From Lama guanicoe (Eukaryota), in assembly GCA_013239625.1 (NCBI GenBank), contig MU053184.1, positions 78,220 to 142,219 of the forward strand: a stretch of 64,000 nt of DNA, written 5' to 3'. Positions 52,034-64,000 of this stretch are shown piece by piece (position 1 is the stretch's first letter; each line of letters begins with the position of its first letter). Made by a program: the position numbers and the translations under genes. The notes beneath the pieces were generated by a model that had not been told where the DNA came from, did not search any database, and worked only from the letters and a program-made list of their open reading frames with translations.

Positions 52034-53224
52034 CTTTGAACATCTAATCATAATTGTTTTAAAGTCTCTTTTAAATTAACTTTTTATTTCTAGGAACAAT
52101 GGTTGCATTAGCTGACTCCTTCCATAGTGTTGTTTTACCTTGCACTGTTGGTGATCTTGGATCATGAAGTCAGCCTTTATGGGATTTGCTTTCTCTGGGT
52201 CAGTGGTGGCTTGGTGGTTGCCTTTGCCAGGGCCCCCTAGCCCCCAGTCCATGTTTATGTGAATTTCTCAGCTAGGGTTGGAGGTCACACAATATGCAAC
52301 ATGCAAGTCATGAATGTAGACTCCACACGTTGATATAGCACAGACTTGGGTCCCAGCTTCTTGCAACTGAGTCTTTTTACCCTTATCTGGTGGATGTCAT
52401 GCTTCCGTTCTGCTTCCCTGAACCAGTGGGGGATGCTCTTCTAGACCCTGTTTCAGATTTGAAGAAGCCCTTCGTGGGTCCTGGCAGGATGAGTTTTAGC
52501 CTTTCAAGGTCATGAAGCCATCGGTCTCTCTCTCCACTCCCTGCACACATCAGAAATCCATCCCACAGCTCTTAGGACTTCAGTTCAGATCCAGGAATCC
52601 CACAGACCGTTTTAGTTGGTGTTTGCTCAGCACACTGACTTTGAGTTTTCTCTTTAGTTTTGTCCCCTTCCTTGGCTTTGAGCTCCATTACGTACTCAAC
52701 ATCCTTTTGTCAAACTTTATCTGATGTATTCATATATTTGGAAATGGAGGCTGATCATTTGATTAAATCTAGGCAGGTCAGCTACAATGCATCCATTCAA
52801 CACTGTATTTCTATCATGTGTCTGACACCTAGAGTACTTGCTATGCATCAGTGTGTAATTCAAACTCCCTTGCAGAGTTTATTTTCTTGTAAATTGAAAT
52901 CAACTCTTTTGTGCTAGGAACTCTTTTTTTTTCTTCCCCTGCAGAAAGGGAAAAGGGGCCTAGCTTCCCTCTCTTCTCTTCCCTGAACACATCTGAGGTT
53001 ACAAACACGCTGAAGCAGCTCTGTGACTGCAGGTACTACCTGAGCACTTGAAGATATTTAAAGTAAATCCTAGGTCTTCCCTGTAGTCTTAGTATGCCCA
53101 GACCTTTCTACCACTGTTCATCCCTTTTAATTAGAAAGGATTTGTCTATCATACGTGTTGCAACAATAACGAAGGCCCCCACCCCACTTCTTTTTGCATT
53201 CCCTACATCATAATTCTTTAATTA

Positions 53225-53565
53225 TTTGAAAATATTTTTTTTTCAGAGAATTCGCCCATTTTGGTGTCTGGTTCTAAGAGATTTGACAAACTATATGGTG
53301 ATGCAGCCACCACTGCAATCGTGGTACATAATTGTTCCATCACCTCCAGATACTCTCTTATCTTCCTTTGTAGTCACAGTCCTCTTCCCGCCAGCCTTTG
53401 GCAACCACTGATCTGTTCTCCATCCCTTTGCTTTCCCTTTCCAAGAATATCGTATAAATGGAGTCATACACAATATATCCTTTTGTGTCTGGTTTCTTTC
53501 ACTCAGCGTGGTGTGTTTGAGATTCATCCATGCTGTTGTGTGTGTCACTAGTTTGTTCCCTTCCC
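53225..53565 (-). mobile_element. L1MB-type 3' end
   Basis: 'ggcaaccactgatctgttctccatc...ataaatggagtcatacacaatat...gagattcatccatgctgttg'; minus-strand ORF remnant TTAWMNLKHTTLSERNQTQK. Confidence 0.88.
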
Positions 53566-56500
53566 CTAGTTTTTTTAAACGTCTTACTCAGAACTTCTTG
53601 TTTGTAAAAGCTAATTATGATCAATAAGAATTGATATATGATATTTCTTTTTGCTAAGAAATCATCAAATAATTAGATCCAGTATCCACCACATTATAGA
53701 TTTTCAGGAAAAAAACATAAACAGTCATAATACTTCTGATTTAAAAACTGTTAAAATGAGAACAAACAAGCTGCTTGGGGTTCAGGAAATACTGTAATCC
53801 CGGGCCAAATCGAAGGACTATGGTGATGTTTTAGTAAATGCGGAAAACCTGCTAGGTGGTAAACGTAAGATTTTAAAATCTGTTAAAATACTGAAACTAG
53901 CAGGTGCTCGACAAATATTTGTTGAATATGTGAAGGATGGAAGGATGGGCCTCACTGAACTTTAGGGGCTTTCTGAAGCTTGGAGACTCCCGAGTTGGTG
54001 ATTATTCGCCCAAAAGACCATCTGCCTTCCATCCCAAACTGGCTGCCGCCTGCAGCTCTCTCTGATGTTGCGATTGCAAGGGTTTTCTTGGCCCCTTCTC
54101 AGCCTCGTGGGCTCGTGAGGCAGCACAGAAGAGCAGCCAGGGAGCACGCTGCTGTCGTTCCGTGTCTTTCCAGAAGCTTGTTGGGGTCTGCCTGCCCGGT
54201 GCACCCCTGCTCCAGCTTGCCGAGTCACATGTCCCATTGAGTGGTGTGTTCCCTTACGTGAGGTGGCTGTGCACCTGTTTTCTTTCATCAGGCAAGTAAA
54301 TGTGTCTGTGGCAAGAGCCAAATTTCACCTTCAGTGTGGGCTCAGTGCCCCCGTCGCAGGTGACGGGGCAACTGCAGCTCTGGGGCAGGGATGAGCCCCT
54401 ATGGCTGACAGGGGTGATCTCTTCCCACACCTGTGTGCTCCATGCTCAAGCCAAAAAGATAAAACACACATTAAATATAATCACCACTTCAAAGTAGCTT
54501 ACTGCCATTTTGGAGGCAGTGTGCCATATTGGAGAAGGGTCTTGTTGCATGCTTGCTGAGTGACGGGCACATCCCTGTCCTTTTAGGCAGGAGGGATAGG
54601 TGTGCAGCATCTCTGTGTTGGATAGACCCTAAAGATCATCCCATTAAGTGAACCAGGTATCACAGTGGCTTGGACAGTTGTCTCTGCCTCTCTGCCTCTC
54701 TGCCTCCCCTCTGCTGCATTACACAAGACAGCTGATGGCACATCACTGGTTGGGTCTCTCCTGGGCATTTTCAGGTACCCTAGCTCATCAACATCAGTGA
54801 GCTAGGCTCCCAGGTATGAGTAACTCCTGCTGTGCTAACTGGGAACAAGAGTGAGAGGCCCTGGTATTGTCTGGTGATTTTTTAAAGCTGGATTGTGGCC
54901 AGCTTCCTGATGGACCAAGACTTAATTTGACATCCAGTCATTTTCTTTGATTCTTGTGGGCAAATGCTGTACCCATAAGACAGATTTTGTTAGTTTTTTT
55001 TTTACTTTTGTTTTTGTATAGAACTAAGTGTTAATTATTAGAACTGTAAAATGTAAATTACTAAGGGTTAATTACTAAAATTTGGTGTCCAAAACTGAAA
55101 CTACTAGTTTACCAAAAGTTTGAGTCAGGACTCACTTCCTTACAAACACAGACCTTCTTAGTGTTCCTCGAACATGCCAAGCTCACTCCTACCCCAGGAT
55201 CTTTGCTGTTACTGTCTCCTTTGAACACTTTGGGACAACTATGACTATGAGAAATACCTAATTTTTATTAGGGCAAAATCTGTTTCTAGTTGTCGTTTCC
55301 TCCTTGGCTAGATTTTTCCCACTGATGCCAATAGCATGTACCCTTGGCAGAAGAAGAGAGAGACAGGGGTTGCTGAACCCTACCTCATCTCCCAAGTGCC
55401 TGGAATGTGTGATGAAATTTTGCTTTCAGTGAGCTTTAACGTTTTTCCAACACTAATTTTGGACTTTGACCTTCCCTGGGCTAGACTAGGTCAGAATTCA
55501 GTAATTTAAAAATGTTGATTGTCTGCCCTTTGTAAACATCATGTAAATGGCCTTATACACAGACTGCATATTCCAGAGTTTACTAAACCTTCTCCTACTT
55601 TGGGATGTTTAGATTAAAATTGTTTTCTGTAATTTTTACAGATCTATAAAATAGGAAATCCACACATATACCAAGAGGTGACCACATTTGCTGGCCTTTG
55701 TTCAGAGCATAAAGTATCCCTTGGAATTACGACAGTTGAAACCCACAGTCCAAAAAGAGCCCACCCATCTTTTAGTTTAGAAATCTTCGCTAAGGAGCTG
55801 GGTGAACAGTGGTCAAAAACACAAGTGGTATTCAAGGAAAGAAATTCATAATATAGTTTAAGTACGCACTGAATCTTTCATTAAAATATCTTGGCTTATT
55901 AAATGCCATATTTAAGGTTGCTTTCCAAATACACTTTTAATAATGATCATGAGTGCACTGCAGTGGTAGTTTGCACACCCATTAAAGAGAGAAATATGCT
56001 TACACCGTGTAGTCATAAAACCTGTAAACTGCCATTTTGTAAGAGGCTAAGAAGTGAATTGCCCCAGAAACCCAGACTTGCAGCAGCTGCAAATAAAGGA
56101 AAGAAGTTTCTAAATGCTGACACCGGTCGTGAAACTGATATTTTATTTAGATGTCCTTGCAGCACAGAGCTCTCGGAAATCACGTTTATAGTCTCCGAGC
56201 AAGAGAAATACAAACAATAGTGTACATTTTGGCAGGTAGTGCCCGATTTAGTTGTAATAATTCACAGCACTGCTCCGGGGCTTCCATGTTGCTCCAGGCA
56301 AAAACCTGTATTATAAATTATAGCACACAAAGCTGAATTTGACCTACCAGTTGATGCATAATAAACTGACTTAATTCTGAATATTAACTACACATTGTGG
56401 CCTAAAGGTTTTATGCTCTCTAAATGTAACAATAAATTATACAAAAATCTTCCTCTTGGGTGAAACCTAAATATAAATAAATCCCCAATCTTAATACTAC

Positions 56501-56849
56501 GCCACAAGACCGGTTACTATAGATACCAGAGAGAATATATTAATCTTAAATATTATTGCCGAATAAAATAGACAATCACTAAGTAACTGAACTAATTATA
56601 GAAACTTTGCAGAGAAGTTTCGGTACTTTAATAAACCACTTTCCCATTTGGCCCATTTCTTGAGTGGTAAATTTTAAGGTATCACCTTGCTGCTTCTGTG
56701 ATCAGCTTGAGTAAAATAATTTGCTTTAAAAAATTCTCCCCAATCCCGAGCACAGGGTTTGGTCCGTATGAGTGCTCAGCAAATATCTGTCAATAAATGA
56801 GTGAGTTAGGAACGTTTTTAATCATCACATCATCTGATCAGAACAGTCT

Positions 56850-57070
56850 TGGGTTTGAAAAATGTGTGTTCCTAGATACAGATATTTTGTCCTTCAAATG
56901 ACTTCCTGTGTGATGCTGAGCAAATCACTTAGCTTCTCTGAGCTTCTTTGCTTGCTTATAAAAGGGAAATTAAGGAGGGTGAAAAAGACCAATTCCTATC
57001 TTACAGGATTGCGATTTATGAATAGTTGAGACCAAGGTGTGTGAAGTATTTTGAAATTATTGTCTCTAGC
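56850..57070 (+). mobile_element. MIR SINE
   Basis: 'tgtgtgatgctgagcaaatcacttagcttctctgagctt...cctatcttacaggattg'. Confidence 0.65.
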
Positions 57071-57099
57071 AAAGATGCCTTATACAGGCAAGAAGCAAT

Positions 57100-57400
57100 C
57101 AACACTGGCAGAAAGGGTGGACTCTCTTTGGCATGCCTGTGTCACGTGACCCCATGGCTCCTTGGCCACAGTTGATTGGACCTGGGGTAGACAGGTCTTC
57201 ATTTCTGAGAATCTGAACTGAGCAGTCCAGATCCTGAGGGCTGGTCCACAATCATCCCTAGCCTGGAAGTGCCTTCTCAGTGCATGGTTCTATTTCCTGG
57301 CCTTCGTTTCCATGAGCTATCTTAGTTTCCTAATAATAAACCTCCGTTTCTTCAAGTTGTATTGTGTGGGATTCTATTTCTGGCAACCGAACAATTCAAA
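57100..57400 (+). mobile_element. Old ERVL/MaLR LTR fragment
   Basis: 'ccttggccacagttgattggacctgggg...aataaacctccgtttcttcaagttg...tgggattctatttctggcaaccgaa' LTR 3' structure with polyA signal. Confidence 0.55.
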
Positions 57401-57679
57401 GACAATCTTGTTCAAGTCCCTTTCCTCGTTTCTTGAGCACCTACCATAATTCAGAGTCAGGAATTTTTGGTTTAATAGTGGGAGGATAAAACATAAAACT
57501 AACTACAACATGAGTCAAAAATGCCAATACGTATGAAAATATGAGTGGCGGTTTAAATTAAATAGGAGGGAGAAGTGACATCTGCCCAAGGATGAGGGAA
57601 GGTTAGGAAAGTCCTACCAGACGAAGGGCTTCCCTGCATCCCTTCTTTACTGTGTGCACCGCGTCTGTCGTGGTGCAGC

Positions 57680-58320
57680 CTCCCCACTTGGTCTTGTGTG
57701 GACTGAAGAATAGCTTCCTAACTGCTCTCTTTGCCTTCAGCCTGCCCTCCGTACTGCTACCAGATTCATCAGGTAACACAAACATATAGTATTTGACATT
57801 GCTCCTAAAATGGCCTGTAAGAGCCCCTCACACCTACGATGGGTTAAGGTCCAAACTCCTAGCCTGGCTGACCCGACACACGAGGTAGCAGGATTCCTTT
57901 GCAGGCTCAGGCCCTGCTCCTGCTTCACACACTCTGGGCTCCAGCAACCTTGAACGTGTCCTTGTTCTTGAGCACCTTTTGCACTTGCCTCGGTGCCTTG
58001 GAGTGCGCCATTCTCTCATCATTACCTGGAAATCCACTGCTCCTCCTTACGGTCCCGCTGAGATTCCACCACCCCTCCGGGCCCTCCCATGATCCCTTTT
58101 CAATAGCAGAATTAATATTTGAAGAGTCTCTGTCTACACAATGCATTATATATACTAGCACAGTGTACTATAGTTAATTGTTTATGTGTCTGTCTTTTTT
58201 TCCCCCCCAAAGTAGCAAGTAGAAGGCAAGATAGATGCTACTCATCTTTGCACCTCCAGTGAACAAACGGAAGGAGCTCACAGAAGGGGGCTCAGTGAAA
58301 TGCTTGTTTAATTGGATGGG
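57680..58320 (+). mobile_element. L2 3' fragment
   Basis: 'aaggtccaaactcctagcctggc...ctctgggctccagcaacc...tatagttaattgtttatgtgtctgtct'. Confidence 0.75.
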
Positions 58321-58324
58321 GATG

Positions 58325-58690
58325 AGATCTGAACTGGTCCTGGAACGATGGCTATGATTTTGAAAGATGGATGTGGGATAGAGGCTTTAAGGACCAGGGA
58401 ACAAGAGCTCGAACATGAAGGGGCAGGAAGTTCAGAGCAGATTCAGGGAGAGCGTGTCATCCGGTTTGGCTGGAACAAAGGGGAGAGATAATGAAGATAA
58501 AGAAAGAAGATAATGTTGGAAAAATCAGTTGGGATCCTGTCATGAAGGATTTTAATTTTAAAAATGTGAGCTTAATTTTGTGGGCACCAGGGAGCCATGT
58601 CCATTGAGCATAATGGTGATGTGATCAAAACTGTCTTTTAAGGAGATGAGCCTGGGAAGGGTGCGGAGGGCAGACTGGAATGGAGATCCC
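58325..58690 (-). mobile_element. L2 fragment, opposite orientation
   Basis: 'tctgaactggtcctggaacgatgg...gtgggcaccagggagccat...gtgatgtgatcaaaactgtcttttaaggagatgagcctgg'. Confidence 0.65.
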
Positions 58691-60392
58691 AGATTACTCT
58701 CATCATGCTTCTGGGGAGGAGGGCCAGGCACGACCCCACATTGTCTCCATCTTCTTAACGATTCCTTGATATTTCACTATACGCTTTCTAGAAAAAAATT
58801 TTAAAGAGTCATCTACCATAGCAGTCTCCTTTTCCTTCATCTCAGGTGTAGCAAGGATTTGGGGGGCTTTAAAGCATCCGATAGACAAGAACAAGGGCAT
58901 ATCATCCCCATCCAGATGGTCGCCCTTTCATTTTTAGTAACGCTGGAGAGATGGAAATGGTTTGATATGGAGACACGCTTGACCTGTTCTATTTTTGCCA
59001 TGCTTTCAGGCGGCTAACAAGAACACTGGGTTCCTGCTTCAACGAGGGAATTGGAAGGTTTCACTTTCCCTCAGTGGCGTTGGTTTCCCTCCTGGCTCCC
59101 CAAACTCAGCAAAAATCGGAAACCATGACCTCCACTCAGCAGCTGACTCCTGCCACAAACATCACTTCCTCCTTGACGCCTTCTTAGGCTCTTCATCATC
59201 CCTCAAGCCTGAAGTGACCCTTGCCTCTGTGGGATTTCCTTTTCTACCTGAAATTAGGGTTACCTGTAAAATGACTGTATGTGCGCACTGGCCTGAAATC
59301 ATCCTTCATACCTCTCTCCCTATCCTGTTTTATCGGTGGTATCTGTGTGTCTTGCACACAGCAGGTACTAATACTTTACGTTTGAACAGCACTTAATATT
59401 TTGCTGGGTTTTTTTCTTTTGAATTTTCTAGACATCAGGAAAGGAAGGCGGCTTTATCATCTTCACTTCCATTTTGCAAATGAGCAAATTCAAGCATTTG
59501 AATGCCATATCTGGGGTTGCATAAAATGCCAGAGACCAAAATTCATTTGTTTTCCATCCAATTTCATAAATACTCTTTCTGCTACACCCTCCTACCTCAT
59601 GCTGCCCGATGAATCAGTGAATCTGAATTTCAGTTAGGTGGGTTTTTGGTTTTGTTTTCTTTTTTTTTTTGGAATTACACAGAATTTCAGTGAGGAAAGA
59701 ACCTGTTGAGATGCCATCACACTCCCCTTAGCATCCCGGGGAGACACACATGACCAGGAGGGGAGTGTGGGAGATTTCCTCGATCCGTCTGGAACATTTA
59801 AAATTCAGCCATTAATCAAAACAGCTGCATTCTTGCTTCAAGTGATCAGCTACTAATGATTTTGACATTCTGAATTTTAGAAATTCCTACTAATTGTCCT
59901 TAAAAAAAGGGCAGGAATGAATAATCTTGACTTCATTTGTGAGAAAAGAATCAATCTCTTTCACTCTTAGTTGCCCTCACTCTCCTTTTTTCTCCTCAAA
60001 ATCTTTTGATCTAAGGTACAGTTATTTTCTGGGCCCTTGTTTTTCTGGGTCGGACTTTTCAGGGCTGCCTGTTACACGAGGTCGAGGTTTAGCCGTCAAA
60101 ATCCGCAGGGAAGGGTGGGCCTGGTGATAACAGGTGCTTCTGGAGCAGTGCCCATGAGCTGACTGAGCTTCAGAACACAGCGAGCCAGGACAGACAGGCA
60201 GAACTCAAGGCTAAGGAGTTTATATCCAACCCATACTTCTGGTGACAGATTTCTTTCACATTGAGGAGACAGTGTAGCTTTAAAGATAATGTGTAAGTAC
60301 TTATATCGGAGTGTATGTGTATGTGTAGGTGTGGGTGTCCGTGTCTGTATATCCATATAGCATCTGTATATAATCACCCTTTGCCATGCCTA

Positions 60393-60920
60393 CGTAGGGG
60401 AACAGAATTCGTCACTCCAAAATATGTCTCTTCGACGTATTAATTATTTTAAGTGGCTTATTTTCTAGGAAAGAGCAGACATGGGAAAAACTCTGAATGC
60501 CAAGTAGGATTTACCCTTTTGTAAGAAAAATTTATATTTATAAGAGAACTCTCCATCTGTGAGGGTGTCTCACAGATGTACCAGGAAGAGGAGGCTGACC
60601 AAATCTCTCGAAACTCATCAGCGGAGAAGGCAATGGTTTAAATTCATGGAATAACCTTACCTTTGTTTGCTTTTCCTGGTCGCCTCCCGTAAGTGACTCT
60701 CCCCACCCTCAACATCTTCTTTTGTCTTTAGTTGAGGAAGGTATTTAAGCTGAGGGTTTCAGCCATTTGGGCAGGTTACTCAGCTTTCCCCAGTCTCTCC
60801 CACGTATGCGTGTTACTAAACTCTGGTTTGGTTTTCTCCTATTAATCTCTCTCATGTCAGTTTAATTCTTAGACCAGCTAGAAGAACCTAGGAGGATACG
60901 GAAAGTTTTTTCCTCTCCCA
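60393..60920 (+). mobile_element. ERV1 solo LTR (MER34A-like)
   Basis: Starts (c)gtaggggaacagaattcgtcactccaaaatatgtctct, ends ...ttcctctccca; TATA-like 'gtatttaag'; perfect 4-bp TSD ccta (60389-60392 / 60921-60924). Confidence 0.85.
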
Positions 60921-61217
60921 CCTACTTAATACAAAAGCTCTTGGTTTGTTTTTTTTTTTTTTAAATAGTTCCTTTTAGTCATTGCTCACAAATTCCCTGA
61001 ATTTGGTATGAAAATTTTCAGGTTCCCATCTTAATATACTGTGCCAGGTAATCTGTCCATCTTCAAAAAGTCACTAATGGTTTCAGAAAGGCTGAGCCTT
61101 TCCGGGTGGACAGCATTCAGTTGCTAGTAAGTGAGGAGTTTAATTTTCTATCTAATGGGAACGTTTCTAAGATGTTTGTTTTTAATCATTTGTATTTAGG
61201 TGTTTTGTACGGACCTG

Positions 61218-62659
61218 TGTATTAGTTTGCTGGGGCTGCTGTAACAAAATACCTCAAAATAGAGTGGCTTAACGGAAACGTATTGTCTCCCAGTTTGGAG
61301 GCCAGAAGTCCAAAATTAAGATGCCGGCATGGCCATGTTCCCTCTGGAGGTGCTAGGGGAAGCTCTTTTCCCAGGCCTCTCTCCTGGCTTCTGGTACTTC
61401 CTTGGTTTGTGGCAGTGTAACTCCAGTTTTCACACGGCATTCTCCCTGTATTTACGTCTGTGTCCAGATCTCCCCTTTTGATAAGGACACCAGTCATGTT
61501 TGATTAGAGGCATGTGAATTTCACGGGGACACAGTTGAACCCACAGCAGTCTTCCCTCTCATCCTCCCCAATGCATGTCCTTCTTACATGCAAGACACAT
61601 TCACCCTATTCCAGTGTCTCCAAAAGATGACCCATTCCAGCATCAACTCTTCAGTCCCAGATCTCATCCATGTATCATCCACATCAGGTGTGGGTGATGC
61701 TCAGGGTAGAACTTTACCCTGAGGCAATATTCCTCTTTATTTGTGAACATATGGAAACAGACACGTTATCTGCTTGCAAAATTCAGTGATGGGACAGGTC
61801 CAGGATAGAAAATCCATTCCAAAATGGAGAAATCAGAAAGAAAAAGCAAGCAAGTCTGGAATCTAACAGTGTACATTCTACTGGGTTTTAAGGCTTGAGA
61901 ATAGCCCTCTTTGGCTGGATGCTCAGTTCCCTGGGCCCACGTGGGCAGCAGCCTCACCTCCTCAGCCCTGACAACAGCCCTGGTCTCTGGAACAGAGGAA
62001 GTGGCTTTTCTCTCTGGAACTAGGGAGGCGGCCCTACTCTCGAGGTCTTTTTTTCCCCTTTTCTTGAAGGATAACACGTTTGCAGCCAAACCCCCCGTTT
62101 CCTGCCTGTGGACTCCCAGAAGTCTGGCAGCCTTCCTTCATTTTGGTCCTGTCCGTGTCCCCTTCAGTCCCGGCTGGCAGCATTTCTGCCGAGGTGGTTG
62201 ACTGGATCCACGAGTCACTTGCCTGTTCTCTGTAGCAAACGGTGACCCAGCCACACCCCTGGTGTTCTCTCCAGGGCACGCATTGCCACGTTCTCTGGTG
62301 CAGGTTGAGAATTTTCCAGATCTTCAAGTTCCAGTTTCTTTTCGCTTAGCACCTCATTCTTCAATTTATCTCTCTCCTCTCACCTTTTACTATAAGCAGC
62401 AGGGAGAAACCAGGCCACATCGTCAACACTTGACTTACAAATCTCCTCAGCGAAATATCCCAGTTTATTCCTTACAAGTTCTACTTTCTACAAACAGTAA
62501 GACACAGTTCAGCCAAGTTCTCTGCCACTTTGTAACAAGGATTCCCTTTCCTAGTCATACCTGCAATGATCCTATTTCCAAATAAGGTCACATTCTGAGG
62601 TGCTGGGGCTTAGGGCTTTAACATACGAATTTTGAGGGGATGCACTTCAACTCATAACA
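61218..62659 (-). mobile_element. MaLR (MLT1B/C-like) provirus: LTR 61218-61548, internal region, partial LTR ~62555-62659
   Basis: 'tgtattagtttgctggggctgctgtaacaaaatacc...ataaggacaccagtcat'; MLT-int-like 'catgtccttcttacatgcaagacacattcaccc'; end 'tccaaataaggtcacattctgagg...caactcataaca'; TSD acctg (61213-61217)/acccg (62660-62664). Confidence 0.85.
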
Positions 62660-62869
62660 ACCCGTTAAATTTTCAGTGTTCTAGGAGGACCCAACCATCC
62701 CCTCACCCAAGCTCCAAATTGCATTCATGACAAAGGTATCGTCACCTGACAAGAGAGCCACCACAGGTGTCAACAGTTAAGTCAGTACATTTCTGTGGAG
62801 TTGAATTCATGGCAGGGTGACTTGCTTAAGCCCCGTGTCCTGGCCCAGCTGCACTGGCGGGTATTAAAT

Positions 62870-63090
62870 AATAATATTCACCCTTTACCATGTTTCTGCA
62901 ATACATGAAAGACTATCCTAGGGCCCTTATAGGTACTATGTAATCACTAATCTTAGAAAAACACTGCAAGGTTCTATTTGTAATGTCCATTTTATAGATT
63001 AGAAAACTGAGGCTCACATAGTTTAAGAGACCTGCCCATGGTCATAGACTGCAGAGATCCATGCCTTGCAGTGCTTCAGAAACTTGTCAC
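62870..63090 (-). mobile_element. MIR SINE
   Basis: 'ccattttatagattagaaaactgaggctcacatagtttaagagacctgcccatggtcatag'. Confidence 0.8.
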
Positions 63091-63213
63091 GTTCGAGTCA
63101 ATCTGGAATCAGCTATAGACCCGGTGTTTGATCTGCTTTGGCTAACTCATCAACACAGCCTCACCCCTGTCAGGGCCCTGGGTTCAAATACCCAGGAATC
63201 TTCTACTTTAAAC

Positions 63214-63270
63214 TTATTTATTTATTTATTTACTTACTTACTTTCTTATTTATTTATTTATTTATTTTTA
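63214..63270. repeat. (TTTA)n-type simple repeat
   Basis: ttatttatttatttatttacttacttactttcttatttatttatttatttattttta. Confidence 0.9.
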
Positions 63271-63639
63271 GTTTTAGTTGGTTTTCCAGTTTGCTTCCAC
63301 ATCCATAGACGAGATCAACGGTCTGTTGACTTGGCCAGCACCTTGGCCCTTGCCTTGCTCCTTCCAGCCCTTCCAGGGGACCAGGCCCCTGCTCTTGACA
63401 TCCTGGCTGCTGGCTGCGCGCCTGTGCTTATTGGGAAGGGACTTCCTGGAGCAGGACTTGCCAGCGGGCGCGTGCTCTCCCTGTTTAAGCAGTCTCCCTG
63501 TAGACCGCGCCCAGCTTGGATCACACCCTCAATTTTCCAGGCTCTTGTGGACATTTTGATTGGTGCTGCTTATGCATCCCTTGGGTGGGGTGGGGTTGGC
63601 AAGTGAGAGAAACTACTATTGCTGGATAATTAATTAACT

Positions 63640-63750
63640 TATTACTTAAATATTTTGGAGCACCTATCATTGTCAGGCACTATGCTACATGTTACTTTAA
63701 CAGTACTGAAAGCCACAACCATGGTCCCTGCCCGCTGGAGATCTCAGTCT
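63640..63750 (-). mobile_element. L2 3' terminus
   Basis: 'aaatattttggagcacctatcattgtcaggcactatgcta...atggtccctgcccgctggagatctcagtct'. Confidence 0.7.
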
Positions 63751-64000
63751 CACCCCAGACCCAGTTTACTCCCTTATTCTTGAGGTCTCATCTTTGGGAT
63801 CTCAGCATATTCCACAGCCACGGCTGCATGAATTAGACAGAACATGCACACAGGACAGAAGCCCGTGGAAATCTTCAGGTGAAATTTGCAAATAATCTCT
63901 GCTCCCCCCAATTTCAAGTTATAGCCATACTATGTCTCTCTCACCCACATGCACTCTAAGGCATGTAGATGCTACTCCTGGCTTGAGTAGATGCTAAAGT

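Larger units (their letters stand above)
45110..52800 (-). mobile_element. Composite cluster of old minus-strand L1M fragments with nested insertions
   Basis: T-rich throughout; reverse L1 motifs 'attgctctccaaagtgattataccaatttatacttctaccagca', 'ccaggatccaatccaggatcactcattgcatttagttg', 'cagccctgaaatctgccatttctccaaggag'; MaLR-like piece near 47370-47610. Confidence 0.75.

Noticed and set aside
63061..63606. Longest ORF (181 aa) with an apparent transmembrane segment
   Set aside because: The hydrophobic stretch is the (TTTA)n repeat and the start lies in a MIR.
1..64000. ORF-track entries as protein-coding genes
   Set aside because: All are short (181 aa or less), many start at non-ATG codons, and they match chance expectation or L1/L2/LTR remnants. 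No recognisable host protein or exon chain.
1..64000. CRISPR array, prokaryotic operon or intact autonomous transposon/ERV
   Set aside because: No repeat-spacer periodicity and no intact RT, transposase or gag/pol ORF; the sequence is eutherian non-coding DNA.

Overview
Mammalian non-coding genomic DNA, most likely camelid (Camelus/Vicugna/Lama). The basis is a tRNA-Ala-derived Vic-1-type SINE and artiodactyl-type L1 3' ends, with no Alu, Bov-tA, PRE or Can-SINE seen. I found no recognisable protein-coding gene, RNA gene or CpG island, so the window reads as a large intron or gene desert. It is dense in old interspersed repeats (MIR, L2, L1M, MLT/MaLR, MER34A-like LTR, hAT MITEs), separated by repeat-free, homeodomain-motif-rich islands that may be developmental enhancers. 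The clearest structural anomaly is a near-perfect 2,270-bp head-to-tail tandem duplication (26622-28891 / 28892-31160), either very recent or an assembly artefact. It overlaps an L1 with twin-priming-type 5' inversion geometry. I see no evidence for a novel multi-gene biological system. Repeat family names come from recalled consensus sequences, and boundaries are approximate unless TSD/TIR coordinates are given.
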